A stretch of DNA of 64,000 nucleotides from an uncultured Candidatus Saccharibacteria bacterium (GCA_964525595.1 CAZGHF010000001.1:29509-93508), one strand, 5' to 3'; positions 27,634 through 38,045 are shown, counted from the first letter of the stretch. Notes: a model not told the origin generated them from the letters alone. Translations and numbers: made by a program.

Positions 27634-28904
27634 TGAACATCCCTTTTAAAAGAATCGTTCTCCCGAACGGCATGCGGCTTGTGCTGGTGTCTAAGCCCGA
27701 CAGTTTGGCGACGACAATCACCGTTTCCGTTGAGGCTGGTTCCAAATACGAAACTAAGGACAAAAACGGCCTTTCTCATTTTCTGGAGCACATGTGTTTC
27801 AAGGGCACGAAAAAGAGACCGAGAGCGATTGATATTTCCTCCGAGCTCGACGGGATGGGAGCAAATTTCAATGCCTTCACTTCTCAGGAGATGACTTCTT
27901 ATTACATAAAAGCCAGAAACGAGTCACTGGACAAAGTGATGGATGTTATTGCCGACATGTACCTGAATCCGGTTTTTAATGAGAATGAAATTGAAAAAGA
28001 GCGGGGCGTGATTATTGAAGAGATAAACATGTATGAAGATACGCCTCGGCGAAGAGTCCAGGAGCTTTTTATGACTCTCGTCTACGGTGACCAGCCGGCT
28101 GGATGGGACATTGCCGGCCGGAAGGAAGTGATTCGGAAGCTGAATCGCGACGACTTCATTAAATACCGGGAGGCTCATTATGTTGGTCAGGCAACGGCAG
28201 TTGTAATCGCCGGCGGTTTTGAAGAAGAGAATATTGACAGAAAAATCGGGGATTATTTTGCCGGGCTTTTGCAGGGAGAGAAATCGTCGAAGATAGCGGT
28301 CAAAGAAGAGCAAACAGAACCTGCCGAACTTGTGAAACATAAGGACTCCGACCAGACTCACCTTGTTTTGGGTTTGCGGGCATTTGGTATTTTTGACGAA
28401 CGCCGCTATATCCTTGAGGTTCTCTCTGACATCTTGGGCGGCGGGATGTCATCGCGACTTTTTCAAAAAATTCGAGAGGAGCTTGGGGCGGCTTACTACG
28501 TCCAAGCCGGGACAGATCTTTATTCCGACCACGGACTTGTCTCAATGATGGCCGGCGTTGACCACAAAAAAATAGAGATGGTGATTAGCGCTGCCATAGA
28601 AGAGTTTAACCGTTTCAGGAGTGAGGAGGTTGACAAAGGAGAACTGGAACGGGCCAAGGAACATTTGGTCGGTAATCTCTTTTTGTCGCTTGAGACCTCT
28701 GATGAACTGGCTTTCTATTACGCTTTTCAGGAAATTCAGAAACTCCCGCTTATAACCCCCGAGGAATTAGCTCGTAAGATAAAAGCAGTAACCTCTGAGG
28801 AAATCAAAGCGGTGGCAGAAGACTTGTTTAAAAACGAGAGTTTAAACCTGGCGGTTATCGGTCCTTTCAAAGAAAAATCCTTTAGTGATATACTAAAGAT
28901 GTAA
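27633..28904 (+). CDS. M16 family zinc peptidase (insulinase/pitrilysin-like)
   Basis: Inverted zinc-binding motif HFLEHMCFKGT plus downstream E. 423 aa. Confidence 0.85.
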   Translation: MNIPFKRIVLPNGMRLVLVSKPDSLATTITVSVEAGSKYETKDKNGLSHFLEHMCFKGTKKRPRAIDISSELDGMGANFNAFTSQEMTSYYIKARNESLDKVMDVIADMYLNPVFNENEIEKERGVIIEEINMYEDTPRRRVQELFMTLVYGDQPAGWDIAGRKEVIRKLNRDDFIKYREAHYVGQATAVVIAGGFEEENIDRKIGDYFAGLLQGEKSSKIAVKEEQTEPAELVKHKDSDQTHLVLGLRAFGIFDERRYILEVLSDILGGGMSSRLFQKIREELGAAYYVQAGTDLYSDHGLVSMMAGVDHKKIEMVISAAIEEFNRFRSEEVDKGELERAKEHLVGNLFLSLETSDELAFYYAFQEIQKLPLITPEELARKIKAVTSEEIKAVAEDLFKNESLNLAVIGPFKEKSFSDILKM

Positions 28905-29926
28905 TGGAAAAAACCACTCGTTTTGAGATAAGTTGGAAAATGTTCTGGCAGATATTTGCCTTTATTATAGTTCTTCTTGTTCTTTACTTTGCAAAACAAG
29001 CTTTCGGCGTGCTCCTTGTTGCTATTGTGATTTCTTTGGGTCTTGACCCGATTATAAATTTTCTGGAGAAAAGGAGGATTAATCGTCTCTTGGGAACCAT
29101 TTTTGTTTTTATTGCCGGTCTTTTAATTTTAAGCACCGTCTTGTATTTTATCGTTCCCGTCCTTGCTTTTGAAGTCGGAAGATTCTTGAACGACATTAAC
29201 CGAGTTATTACCGATCTTATCGGTTTCGGTTTGCCTCAGAAAGTTATTCAGGATTTCTCACTCTCTTTTGACAAGGCTCTCGGGGTCTTAACAGCCGCTC
29301 AGGCTTCAATTACTGGAGCAATCGGCGTCATTTTCAACCGCATTATTCTTATTCTTACGACCGTGGTTCTCGCTTTTTACCTTACCGTTCAGAAAGAGGG
29401 CACCAGCCGGTTTCTTCAAGTTCTTTTACCCGACGTTTATGAAAAACCGGTTCTTAAGATTTTTAACAATTTCAAAATAAAAATAAGGCGTTGGTTTGCC
29501 GCTCAACTGGGTTTGAGCTTAATCGTTGGCGCCGTTATGACTCTAGGCCTTTGGATTCTAGGCGTTCGTTACGCTCTTATTTTAGGAATTATTGCCGCCA
29601 TTTTGGAACTTGTCCCGCTTATTGGTCCGGTCATAGCCGGCGCGGTGGCTCTTCTTGTGGCTCTCTCTGATTCTTTTACGCTGGGCTTGTACGTTATCGG
29701 TTTCGCCTTCATCGTTCAGCAGCTTGAGAATCATGTTTTGATTCCGGTTTTGATGGGCAAAACAATGAATGTCCATCCGGTGATTGTAATTGTTGCAATT
29801 TTGGCTGGCGCTCAAATTGCCGGTTTTGTGGGAATAGTGCTCGCGGTACCCATTGCCGTTGCCGCTCAGGAAACCTTTTCTTATCTTGCTGAGAAAAAAA
29901 ATCACCGTTCGCCTCTCGGTATTTAA
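28904..29926 (+). CDS. AI-2E family transporter (PerM/YhhT, UPF0118)
   Basis: 340 aa, 7-8 TM helices, family-typical length and topology. Confidence 0.65.
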   Translation: MEKTTRFEISWKMFWQIFAFIIVLLVLYFAKQAFGVLLVAIVISLGLDPIINFLEKRRINRLLGTIFVFIAGLLILSTVLYFIVPVLAFEVGRFLNDINRVITDLIGFGLPQKVIQDFSLSFDKALGVLTAAQASITGAIGVIFNRIILILTTVVLAFYLTVQKEGTSRFLQVLLPDVYEKPVLKIFNNFKIKIRRWFAAQLGLSLIVGAVMTLGLWILGVRYALILGIIAAILELVPLIGPVIAGAVALLVALSDSFTLGLYVIGFAFIVQQLENHVLIPVLMGKTMNVHPVIVIVAILAGAQIAGFVGIVLAVPIAVAAQETFSYLAEKKNHRSPLGI

Positions 29927-30801
29927 TGATAAGGTACTTTGACGCTCACACTCACGTCCAGTTCAAGGCGTTTGATTCTGATTACAAAGAGGTTGTAAAA
30001 CGAGCCGGGGACGCCGGCGTGGGAATGGTAAACGTTGGCACTCAAAAAGATACCTCCCACCGGGCACTGGAGCTTGCCCGGGAATATGACAATCTCTATG
30101 CCGCTGTCGGTCTCCACCCGATTCATACCTCGGAATCTTATCACGACACAGAGGAACTGGGAGACAGTCCCGAAGCAAAGGGATTTACCAGCCGGGGCGA
30201 GGATTTTGATTACGAATACTACAAAAAACTGGCTCTCGACGAACGGGTGGTAGCAATCGGTGAGTGTGGGTTGGACTATTTTAGAGTTGAGGATGGAGAA
30301 TCGGAAACTAAGGAACGACAAAGACGAGCCTTTGCAGAGCAAGTTAAGCTTGCTCGTGATGTAGGGAAACCGCTCATGATTCACGCCCGGTCGTCAGCCG
30401 GGACTGACGATGCTTATGAAGATTTACTCTCTATTTTGAAGGAGGCTGGTTTTCCCGGGAAAGTGATTTTTCATTTTTATGCCGGTTCTCTTCCGATGGC
30501 GGAAAAGCTTCTTGGTGCCCCTTACGGTGGGGAAACTTATTTCACTTTCGGCGGCGTGGTAACATTTGTCCGGGACTATGACAAAATTATAAAAATGATT
30601 CCCCCGGATAAGATTTTGTCGGAAACCGATGCTCCCTACGTAGCGCCCGTTCCGTATCGCGGCAAACGCAATGAACCAGTCTATGTGATTGAAGTCGTTA
30701 AAAAACTCACTGAAATAAAAAACATCCTCGAGGAGGAAATGCGGATGCAGATTTTGAAAAACGTCGAAGCGGTTTTTGGTATTAACCTTTCCAGTCCTTA
30801 A
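29926..30801 (+). CDS. tatD: TatD family metal-dependent hydrolase/DNase
   Basis: N-terminal FDAHTHV motif and GLHP, ECGLD, HAR signatures. Confidence 0.8.
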   Translation: MIRYFDAHTHVQFKAFDSDYKEVVKRAGDAGVGMVNVGTQKDTSHRALELAREYDNLYAAVGLHPIHTSESYHDTEELGDSPEAKGFTSRGEDFDYEYYKKLALDERVVAIGECGLDYFRVEDGESETKERQRRAFAEQVKLARDVGKPLMIHARSSAGTDDAYEDLLSILKEAGFPGKVIFHFYAGSLPMAEKLLGAPYGGETYFTFGGVVTFVRDYDKIIKMIPPDKILSETDAPYVAPVPYRGKRNEPVYVIEVVKKLTEIKNILEEEMRMQILKNVEAVFGINLSSP

Positions 30802-30994
30802 TGACTATCTCTTTGCCGCGGTTTTCCACCGTTACATTTTGCCCTTCCTGCCACCTAAGACGTCTTACGATATTGACCGGCAAACTTACGTAATAACTCC
30901 GGCGCATTTTTTGAATTTTCCTAACGTTCTCTTCCCCAACTTTTCTCCTAGTCATATCTTTTAATTATATTCTTGCGCTTTAATTATACCACAG

Positions 30995-31034
30995 GTTGCC
31001 CCATGTTATTACATATGTAATAACATGGGGCAAC
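30995..31034. repeat. 40-bp perfect palindrome gttgccccatgttattacat|atgtaataacatggggcaac
   Basis: Second member of the GTTGCCC...GGGCAAC palindrome family. Lies downstream of tatD and upstream of the GC-rich island. Confidence 0.7.
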
Positions 31035-31068
31035 TGTTATCAAGCCTCTTTGAGGGGGGATTTAAGAC

Positions 31069-31098
31069 TTGACTAGATTGGGTATATATTGTTACACT
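31069..31098 (+). promoter_or_regulatory. candidate promoter TTGACT-N18-TACACT
   Basis: Resembles the TTGATT-N17-TACACT promoters at 12359 and 13857. About 80 nt upstream of the 31182 ATG. Confidence 0.4.
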
Positions 31099-31181
31099 TG
31101 CCAAAGTACCGACTGGCTTGCTCTTGGTTATCGCATGAGGCGACGCTGACAGCGGGTCAATAATTGAAAAGGAGGCTGACC

Positions 31182-31821
31182 ATGTCACACGACTTGCTCA
31201 GTCAAGTGGTGAAGATAGTTGTGGACCTCCCGGACGAAGTTCTCCGGCTGCTCTGCGACTTCTTCGAGAGAGCTGTCCTCGGACGTTGAAGGGGAGTGGT
31301 TTAGGGCTTTCAAGCGGTTTCTCCGTAAGGAGAATTCGTGGGAAGGTCTCGAGTTCCTCGAAAAGTTCCAGATTGTAATGGACTCCCTTGACAGGGACTT
31401 GCATTCCGGTGATGGGAACTTTATGGGACTTCCTCTCGACAAGAATTTCCGGAAATGGCTTCTCCCGGATATTTCTGAAGTGATTCCGAGTTCTCTGGGA
31501 ACGCTGACGGTCTGTAAAAAGCGACTCAAAAGATCGATGTCTGACTGGGAGGTACTTGCCGAGATTGAAGACCCGGAGTCGCTTTTCTCGCCTACTGAGT
31601 TTGCGATCGTCCTCGCCGATTTAATTACGGCGCAGGCGAACGGTGGGAGCGGCACGCCCTCTTCCGATGCCCATGCCAACATCTTCTTCGTGTGGTCGGA
31701 CGCCCGCGTAGTCATGGTGCGCGTGTATTGGCGCGCCGGGAGTCGTGACTGGCACCTGTTTACGGACTCGCCTGGCGGCGTCAGGTGGAACGTCGACGAC
31801 TACGTGTTCTCCTGCATCTGA
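31182..31821 (+). pseudogene. GC-rich hypothetical gene with an apparent +1/-1 frameshift near 31285
   Basis: AAAGGAGGctgaccATG opens a 35-codon frame (MSHDLLSQVVKIVVDLPDEVLRLLCDFFERAVLGR*). The protein-like sequence continues in another frame to 31821 (...EGEWFRAFKRFLRKENSWEGLEFLEKFQIV...). GC 55-65%. Confidence 0.45.
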
Positions 31822-31898
31822 TCCGCCAAAGGCGGACAGGCTTCTTGGGCCTTTGGTCCATTGGTCTCGTCTGCCTGACAGGCAGACGAAGCGATTTT

Positions 31899-31944
31899 GC
31901 CCCGCCCTTCGGTCTTTACGACCTGGGCGGGGCTTTTCATTTCG
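31899..31944 (+). terminator. intrinsic terminator (GCCCCGCCC ... GGGCGGGGC then TTTTCATTTC)
   Basis: 9-bp GC stem followed by a T-run. Two smaller hairpins lie just upstream (tccgccaaaggcgga, tctgcctgacaggcaga). It closes the GC-rich island before leuS. Confidence 0.65.
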
Positions 31945-31976
31945 CGCGTTTGAGAAAAAATGGTTTTCAAACTAAA

Positions 31977-34424
31977 ATGTCTTTATTGATGTCTAAATAT
32001 GATTTTCAGAAAATAGAACGCAAGTGGCAGGATTATTGGCGGAAGAACAGGACTTACGAGCCCGATTTGGAACGCGCCAAAAAACCTTTCTACAACCTGA
32101 TGATGTTTCCCTATCCTTCGGCCGAGGGACTGCATGTCGGGAACATGTACGCTTTTACCGGTGCCGATATCTACGGCCGAATGAAGCGGATGGAGGGCTA
32201 TGATGTTTTCCAGCCAATCGGCCTTGATGGTTTCGGGATTCATTCAGAAAACTATGCTTTGAAAATCGGTGCCCACCCAATGAAACAGGCGGAGGTCTCG
32301 GAGAAGCGTTTTTATAAACAACTTGAGGAAATCGGCAACGGTTTTGCCTGGGATGAAAAACTGGAAACTTATGACCTGGATTATTACCAATGGACCCAGT
32401 GGATTTTTATCCAGCTTTTTAAAAAGGGTCTGGCCTATCGTAAAAAGGCACCGGTTAACTGGTGCCCGAGCTGTAAAACTGTTTTAGCTGACGAACAGGT
32501 TATTACGGGCAGGTGTGAACGGTGCTCACACTTAGTGATTAAAAAAGAACTTGAGCAGTGGTTTTTTCGGATTACCAAATATGCGGAGAAGCTCTTGGAG
32601 AATCTTGAAAGAATCGACTGGTCGAAGCGGGTAAAAATTGCGCAGAAGAACTGGATTGGCAAAAGTGAAGGAGCACTTATAAAATTCCAAATCCCAAATT
32701 CTGAATTTCAAATTAAAGTCTTTACAACGCGGCCGGACACTTTATTTGGTGCAACCTACATGGTTCTGGCACCGGAACACCCGCTTATTCGGGATTTAGA
32801 ATCTAGCATTCAGAATTTGGCAGAGGTTAAAAAATACATTGAGCGGACGAAGAAAAAGACAGAAGAAGAACGTATCGCTGAAGGCGGTAAAAAAACCGGC
32901 GTGGAATTAAAAGGTGTAAGAGTGGTAAATCCTGCAACCGAAGAAGAAATTTCGGTGTGGGTAGCCGATTATGTTTTGGGGGGAGTCGGCACCGGTGCCA
33001 TTATGGCTGTGCCGGCCCACGACGAAAGGGACTTTGAATTTGCGAAGAAATACAAACTCCCAATTAGAAAAGTTATTCAACCGCCTCGTATTGTTCCAGA
33101 GCCGGTACCCGGTCAGGCAGTTCCGGATACAAAAATTATTTCTGAATGCTGGGAAGGAGAGGGAAAGTTAATCAGTTCAGGGAAATTTGACGGTATGAAA
33201 TCGGAAAAAGCACGGTGGGAGATTACAAAGTTTGTGAACGGAAAGAAAGAAGCCCGGTACCGCTTGCGCGACTGGCTTATATCCCGCCAGCGCTATTGGG
33301 GACCGCCCATTCCGATGATTCATTGTGCGAAATGTGACTGGCAGCCGGTGCCTGAGGAAGATTTGCCGGTAGAACTTCCATTCATAAAAGATTTCCAGCC
33401 GAAAGGAAAAGATGAATCACCGCTTGCCTCCGTGAAGTCTTTTTATGAGACGAAATGCCCGAAATGCGACGGCAAAGCCCGACGGGAAACGGATGTTTCC
33501 GACACTTTTCTTGATTCGGCTTGGTATTATCTCCGTTATCCCAATGTGACGGAGAAAAAGACTTCTTGGAACAAAGAAATTACCAAAAAATGGCTGCCGG
33601 TTAGTTTATACACCGGCGGTGCCGAACACTCGGTACTTCACCTCCTCTACGTTCGTTTCCTGGCGCTTGCGCTTCACAGCGAAAAACTTCTTGAGTTTGG
33701 CGCATCACCTGCGCCGAAAGGCGAGCCTTTCCCAAAATTCCGCGCCCACGGTCTTCTGATTAGTGAAGGCGCGAAAATGTCCAAGTCTAAAGGTAACGTT
33801 GTAAATCCTGATGAATACATTAAAAAATTCGGTGCCGATACTCTGCGAATGTATTTAATGTTCCTTGCGCCTTTTGAACAGGGCGGTGACTTCCGCGATG
33901 CGGCAATTTTAGGTATTAGCCGGTTTTTGGAAAGGGTTTGGAAATTTGAGCTAAAGGGAAAGAGCGTAAACAAGAAAGCTCTTCACCAAACGATAAAAAA
34001 AGTAACGGAAGACATTGAGATTTTCCACTACAATACGGCAATTAGTGCTCTAATGATTCTCTTGAACTCTTTTGAAGAGCAGGGGGCGAGCAAAGAAGAA
34101 TACGAGATTTTCTTGAAACTCCTTGCTCCGTTCGCACCGCATATTACTGAAGAATTATGGCAAGGTGTTCTTGGCCGCAAAAAATCAATCCATCTTGAGC
34201 CGTGGCCGACATATAACTCAAAATTTATAGAGGAAGAAACATTTGAGTTGGTAATTCAGGTAAACGGCCGGGTTCGCGCTACAATTTCAGCTGATAAGGG
34301 CTTGAGCCAAAGGGAAGCCGAGGAGCTGGTTTTGGGCATAGAGAAGATAAACGAAATTCTCAAAGGCAAGAAGCCAAAAAAGGTTGTTTTTGTATCCGAC
34401 CGGCTTATCAATTTCGTAATTTAG
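31977..34424 (+). CDS. leuS: leucine--tRNA ligase
   Basis: HIGH region PYPSAEGLHVGNMYAF, CP1 editing domain, KMSKS as KMSKSKGN. The ORF-track ORF begins at 31785 inside the terminator. I take the first ATG after the terminator (MSLLMSKYDFQKIERKWQDYW). Confidence 0.9.
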   Translation: MSLLMSKYDFQKIERKWQDYWRKNRTYEPDLERAKKPFYNLMMFPYPSAEGLHVGNMYAFTGADIYGRMKRMEGYDVFQPIGLDGFGIHSENYALKIGAHPMKQAEVSEKRFYKQLEEIGNGFAWDEKLETYDLDYYQWTQWIFIQLFKKGLAYRKKAPVNWCPSCKTVLADEQVITGRCERCSHLVIKKELEQWFFRITKYAEKLLENLERIDWSKRVKIAQKNWIGKSEGALIKFQIPNSEFQIKVFTTRPDTLFGATYMVLAPEHPLIRDLESSIQNLAEVKKYIERTKKKTEEERIAEGGKKTGVELKGVRVVNPATEEEISVWVADYVLGGVGTGAIMAVPAHDERDFEFAKKYKLPIRKVIQPPRIVPEPVPGQAVPDTKIISECWEGEGKLISSGKFDGMKSEKARWEITKFVNGKKEARYRLRDWLISRQRYWGPPIPMIHCAKCDWQPVPEEDLPVELPFIKDFQPKGKDESPLASVKSFYETKCPKCDGKARRETDVSDTFLDSAWYYLRYPNVTEKKTSWNKEITKKWLPVSLYTGGAEHSVLHLLYVRFLALALHSEKLLEFGASPAPKGEPFPKFRAHGLLISEGAKMSKSKGNVVNPDEYIKKFGADTLRMYLMFLAPFEQGGDFRDAAILGISRFLERVWKFELKGKSVNKKALHQTIKKVTEDIEIFHYNTAISALMILLNSFEEQGASKEEYEIFLKLLAPFAPHITEELWQGVLGRKKSIHLEPWPTYNSKFIEEETFELVIQVNGRVRATISADKGLSQREAEELVLGIEKINEILKGKKPKKVVFVSDRLINFVI

Positions 34425-34441
34425 TATAAGATTATAATCAA

Positions 34442-35353
34442 ATGCGTGTCTTAGGCCTGATTTTAATAGTTATAATCATACTCGGAGCCGTTTATTCGGT
34501 AATTCGCTGGGCGGTTGGTGAGATGGATTTTTCAGGAACTTTTTCGAGATATGGTACTCCGGAGCGGTCGGAGGAGGAAAAATCTTCGGTTCGGGGACCG
34601 AGTGCTGAAGTGAGAAAAGAAGAGGATGGGAAGGTGGTAGTTGGATTTGAAAAACCTTCAATATTAGAGGAGGATGTCCCGGCTGGATTTACAGTTTCCG
34701 ACCTTTCGCCGGATTTCGGCAAGATTGAAATCACTTCCCTAAGGCGGCCGTCAAGCGTGGGAGCGGGTGGCAGGTTTACACTCCGGGCTGATTTTACCCA
34801 AGGCGAACCTGTGAATGTAACCAACTGGAAGATAAGAGCGAACAACGACAAAGAAATTGTTGTAAGGGGTGGTATTTCTTCCGTGCCGCCGGTTAATTTA
34901 ACGAGGATGGTTCTCCGTCCCCGGACTTCGGCTGTCTTTTACGCCGATGTCAGTTCCTTCGTTAAAAACGTTGAGCTTAACAAATGCACCGGATATTTGA
35001 ACAAAACATATAATTTTGACCCGAGACTGCCGAATAATTGTCCCCGTCCGGATAGGAGCGAGACCATTACTTTTTCCGGCAAGTGTCAATCGTTTATTCG
35101 GTCGCTCAGCTCCTGTGAACAGCCGACTGGGACAGAGCTTAATCGTTTTGCGGGGATTGACAACATTGCTTGTCACGAATTCTTGGAGGATTTAAATTAC
35201 GGAAATTGTGTGAAGGAACATTCCAACGATTCCGATTTTTACTTCTATGGGTGGCGAGTTTGGATGAGCGACCGGCTGCCATTTGACCCGAAACATGACC
35301 GGCTTCTCTTGTTCGACGAAAATAACCTCCTTGTTGACGAGTACGTCTACTAG
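34442..35353 (+). CDS. hypothetical membrane-anchored, Cys-containing extracellular protein
   Basis: N-terminal TM helix (VLGLILIVIIILGAVYSVIRW), C-terminal domain with 8 Cys. Confidence 0.45.
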   Translation: MRVLGLILIVIIILGAVYSVIRWAVGEMDFSGTFSRYGTPERSEEEKSSVRGPSAEVRKEEDGKVVVGFEKPSILEEDVPAGFTVSDLSPDFGKIEITSLRRPSSVGAGGRFTLRADFTQGEPVNVTNWKIRANNDKEIVVRGGISSVPPVNLTRMVLRPRTSAVFYADVSSFVKNVELNKCTGYLNKTYNFDPRLPNNCPRPDRSETITFSGKCQSFIRSLSSCEQPTGTELNRFAGIDNIACHEFLEDLNYGNCVKEHSNDSDFYFYGWRVWMSDRLPFDPKHDRLLLFDENNLLVDEYVY

Positions 35354-35386
35354 ATTTATTTTCTAATTTCTAGATTCTCGTGAGTG

Positions 35387-36433
35387 CTACTTCCTCTCAG
35401 TTAGGGTCATTTTCACGATAATTTCTTTTTTCCCTCTTAAAACCTTTAGTTTTATCTTGTCGCCGACTTCAGAGTTTTCAAGGTAATCCTGAACGTTTTT
35501 ATCAACTGTGATTTTTTCACCGTTCCACTCAAGAATAATGTCATTTTCTTTTAAGCCGGCAGTGTCTGCTGGACTTCCCTCGATAATGGCCTGGTCAAGA
35601 AGGTGTTCCTTGGCAATGAGAGCTCCGTAAGAAACAGAAAGCTTTAATTTTTCACTAAGGTTTTCATTTAACGTGAGATAACGGAGGCCTAAGAAAGGAC
35701 GCCGGATTTTTCCGTGACGTTTCAGGTCGAGAAGATCGCGTTCAGCCGCCTTTATGGGGATGGTAAAGCCGATGTTCTGAGCACCGAAGACCACGGCGGC
35801 GTTAATGCCGATTGCCTTACCGAAAATGTCAGTTAGCGGTCCGCCAGAGTTCCCTGGATTTATTGCTGCATCCGTTTGAATCAATCCCCGCATTTCCTGA
35901 ACCGGTGCCATCGGATCGGGCTGGGCGCTTATTGAACGGGAAAGTCCGGAGATGATACCAGTTGAAACTGTGTTTCTGAATATACCCAGCGCATTTCCGA
36001 AGGCGAGTACTGTCTGACCAAGCTCCAGATTATCCGAATTACCGAGCTCCAAGGTTGGTAAATTGTCTTTCTTCGTGTCAATTTTTAGAATGGCAATGTC
36101 GTCTAGAGGATCGCGGGCGAGGACCTGTACCGCGAATTTTTGACCATTACTTAAGATAGCCGAGTATTCCGCGTGAGGTTCGGTAATGACGTGTTTGTTT
36201 GTAAGGACCACCCCGTTTTTGTCGACAATAAAACCTGAACCGCCGCCTACTTGGACCATACCGTGAGCGTCAATTTTGTCAGGTGGAATCTGGAAGTCAG
36301 ATTTGCCGAGAGTTGATTCGAGCTCCGGCATTTCCTTTTTTAGTTCAGATATTTTTTTAGAAATTATAATCGAGACCACTGCCGGCATCACCTTCTTTAT
36401 AGTCCGGATTATTTGCGATTTTTCCTTCGCCAC
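35387..36433 (-). CDS. htrA: HtrA/DegP family serine endoprotease with PDZ domain
   Basis: Catalytic His (LTNKHV), Asp and Ser in GNSGGPL; C-terminal PDZ; N-terminal membrane anchor. Confidence 0.9.
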   Translation of the reverse strand: MAKEKSQIIRTIKKVMPAVVSIIISKKISELKKEMPELESTLGKSDFQIPPDKIDAHGMVQVGGGSGFIVDKNGVVLTNKHVITEPHAEYSAILSNGQKFAVQVLARDPLDDIAILKIDTKKDNLPTLELGNSDNLELGQTVLAFGNALGIFRNTVSTGIISGLSRSISAQPDPMAPVQEMRGLIQTDAAINPGNSGGPLTDIFGKAIGINAAVVFGAQNIGFTIPIKAAERDLLDLKRHGKIRRPFLGLRYLTLNENLSEKLKLSVSYGALIAKEHLLDQAIIEGSPADTAGLKENDIILEWNGEKITVDKNVQDYLENSEVGDKIKLKVLRGKKEIIVKMTLTERK

Positions 36434-36455
36434 CTTTTTATATTAACATAAGAGG

Positions 36456-37934
36456 ATGAGCTTTATAAAACGTTTATTTGAAATCATACCCGGTACTCTT
36501 ACGTGGCTTACTTTCATTGCTATTTTCTGGCTGTCTTTCAGGGCTCCAGTTTTCGTTTCGATCTTTTTTATTCTCTATTCTCTTTTTTGGCTTATCCGCA
36601 TAGTTTATCTTCATTTCCATTTGCGTGTTTCGTTCGTGAAGACTAGAGAAAACATGAAAGTCAACTGGCTGGAAAAAACGGAGAAGATTGAAGGTTGGCG
36701 GAATATTTATCATCTGGTAGTTTTACCGATGTATAAAGAGCCTCTTTCCGTTGTGAGAGAGACATTCAACACTTTTAGGAATTCTAATTACCCTAAGGAT
36801 AGAATTATTCTGGTTTTGGGAATTGAAGAGCGGGCTGGCAAGAAAGCAATGAAGACTGCTGAGAAAATAGAACAGGAATTCGGTAAAGATTTTTTCCGAT
36901 TTCTTATAACTCGTCATCCGGCGGACCTCCCTGGCGAGGTGCCAGGCAAGGGCTCAAATGAAACCTGGGCTGCCCGTCGTGCCAAAAAAGAAATAATCGA
37001 CCCGCTTGGCCTCAGATACGAAGACGTTGTTGTTTCGGTTCTCGATGTTGATACTCAAGTATCGGCGGATTACTTCAGCCGACTCGCTTATGTGTTTTTG
37101 ACCTGTGATAAGCCCCAGCGTTCCAGTTTTCAGCCTGTTCCGCTTTTCACTAATAACATCTATACGGCGCCGCCTTTCTCAAAAGTAATGTCTTTTTTTC
37201 CGACTTTTTGGCAGATGATGCAGCAGTCTCGGAAAGAACAGTTGTCCACTTTTTCTTCTCAGGCTATGCCTTTAAAAGCTCTGGTTGAGATTGATTTTTG
37301 GGACACGGAATACGTCTCTGAGGACTCGCTTATTTTCTGGAAGTTCTATCTTCATTATGACGGTGATTGGCGGACCGAACCGATTCACATTCCTGTTTCA
37401 ATGGATGTTACCCATGCCTCAACTTTTTGGGGAACAGCTAAAAATCTCTATCGCCAACAGAGACGTTGGGCCTGGGGGACGGAAAACATTCCCTATATGA
37501 TCTGCGGCTTTATTAAAAATAAAAAAATTCCCACAAATAAAAAAGTTTTTTGGACTTTCATATTTATGGAGGGGTTTTATTCTTGGGCAACCGCGCCTTT
37601 TATCCTTTTTGCTCTCGGTTGGCTGCCGCTTTTTTTGGGAAATTACGAATTTGGGCTGACGCTAATCTCTTATAATATGAGGACGATTGTTAGTTTAATT
37701 TTAAACCTTTCCGTTTTGGGGCTTGTTGCCTCAGCTGTACTGAGTGTCATCCTTTTACCGCCCAAGCCAGGTTGGTTCCGGAAAAGGCACTACATTTTCT
37801 ATTTTCTCTACTGGGCGATTGCACCGATTCTTATAATTCTTTTTAGTGCCGTCCCAGCGGTTGAAGCCCAAACTCGGCTGATGCTGGGTGGCAGGTTCCG
37901 TCTTGGATTCTGGCCGACGCCGAAGAGTAGATAA
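36456..37934 (+). CDS. membrane family-2 glycosyltransferase with QxxRW motif (processive, cellulose/chitin-synthase-like)
   Basis: GT-A region (LVVLPMYKEPL..., DxD-like VLDVDT), QRRWAWG motif, multiple TM helices at both ends. Confidence 0.7.
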   Translation: MSFIKRLFEIIPGTLTWLTFIAIFWLSFRAPVFVSIFFILYSLFWLIRIVYLHFHLRVSFVKTRENMKVNWLEKTEKIEGWRNIYHLVVLPMYKEPLSVVRETFNTFRNSNYPKDRIILVLGIEERAGKKAMKTAEKIEQEFGKDFFRFLITRHPADLPGEVPGKGSNETWAARRAKKEIIDPLGLRYEDVVVSVLDVDTQVSADYFSRLAYVFLTCDKPQRSSFQPVPLFTNNIYTAPPFSKVMSFFPTFWQMMQQSRKEQLSTFSSQAMPLKALVEIDFWDTEYVSEDSLIFWKFYLHYDGDWRTEPIHIPVSMDVTHASTFWGTAKNLYRQQRRWAWGTENIPYMICGFIKNKKIPTNKKVFWTFIFMEGFYSWATAPFILFALGWLPLFLGNYEFGLTLISYNMRTIVSLILNLSVLGLVASAVLSVILLPPKPGWFRKRHYIFYFLYWAIAPILIILFSAVPAVEAQTRLMLGGRFRLGFWPTPKSR

Positions 37935-37963
37935 GCTGCGGAGGAAGTGGTCCCGCAGTAGCG

Positions 37964-37993
37964 GGATTGCGATTTGTAACCAATCGCTTCGCT
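37964..37993 (-). repeat. copy A of a 30-34-bp repeat (plus strand ggattgcgatttgtaaccaatcgcttcgct; reverse complement matches copies at 39712-39810)
   Basis: Reverse complement gcgaagcgattggttacaaatcgcaatcc differs at one position from 39781-39809. Confidence 0.65.
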
Positions 37994-38045
37994 TTTGGAC
38001 AAATCGGGAAGATTCGAACAAGTTCTCACCCACTGACAGGATACA

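Noticed and set aside
31185-31715. 176-aa minus-strand ORF opposite the GC-rich gene
   Set aside because: Ser-rich antisense artefact. The plus strand carries the RBS and the protein-like frames.
31785-31976. N-terminal 64-codon extension of leuS in the ORF track
   Set aside because: It reads through the island's intrinsic terminator hairpins. LeuRS homology begins at the ATG at 31977.
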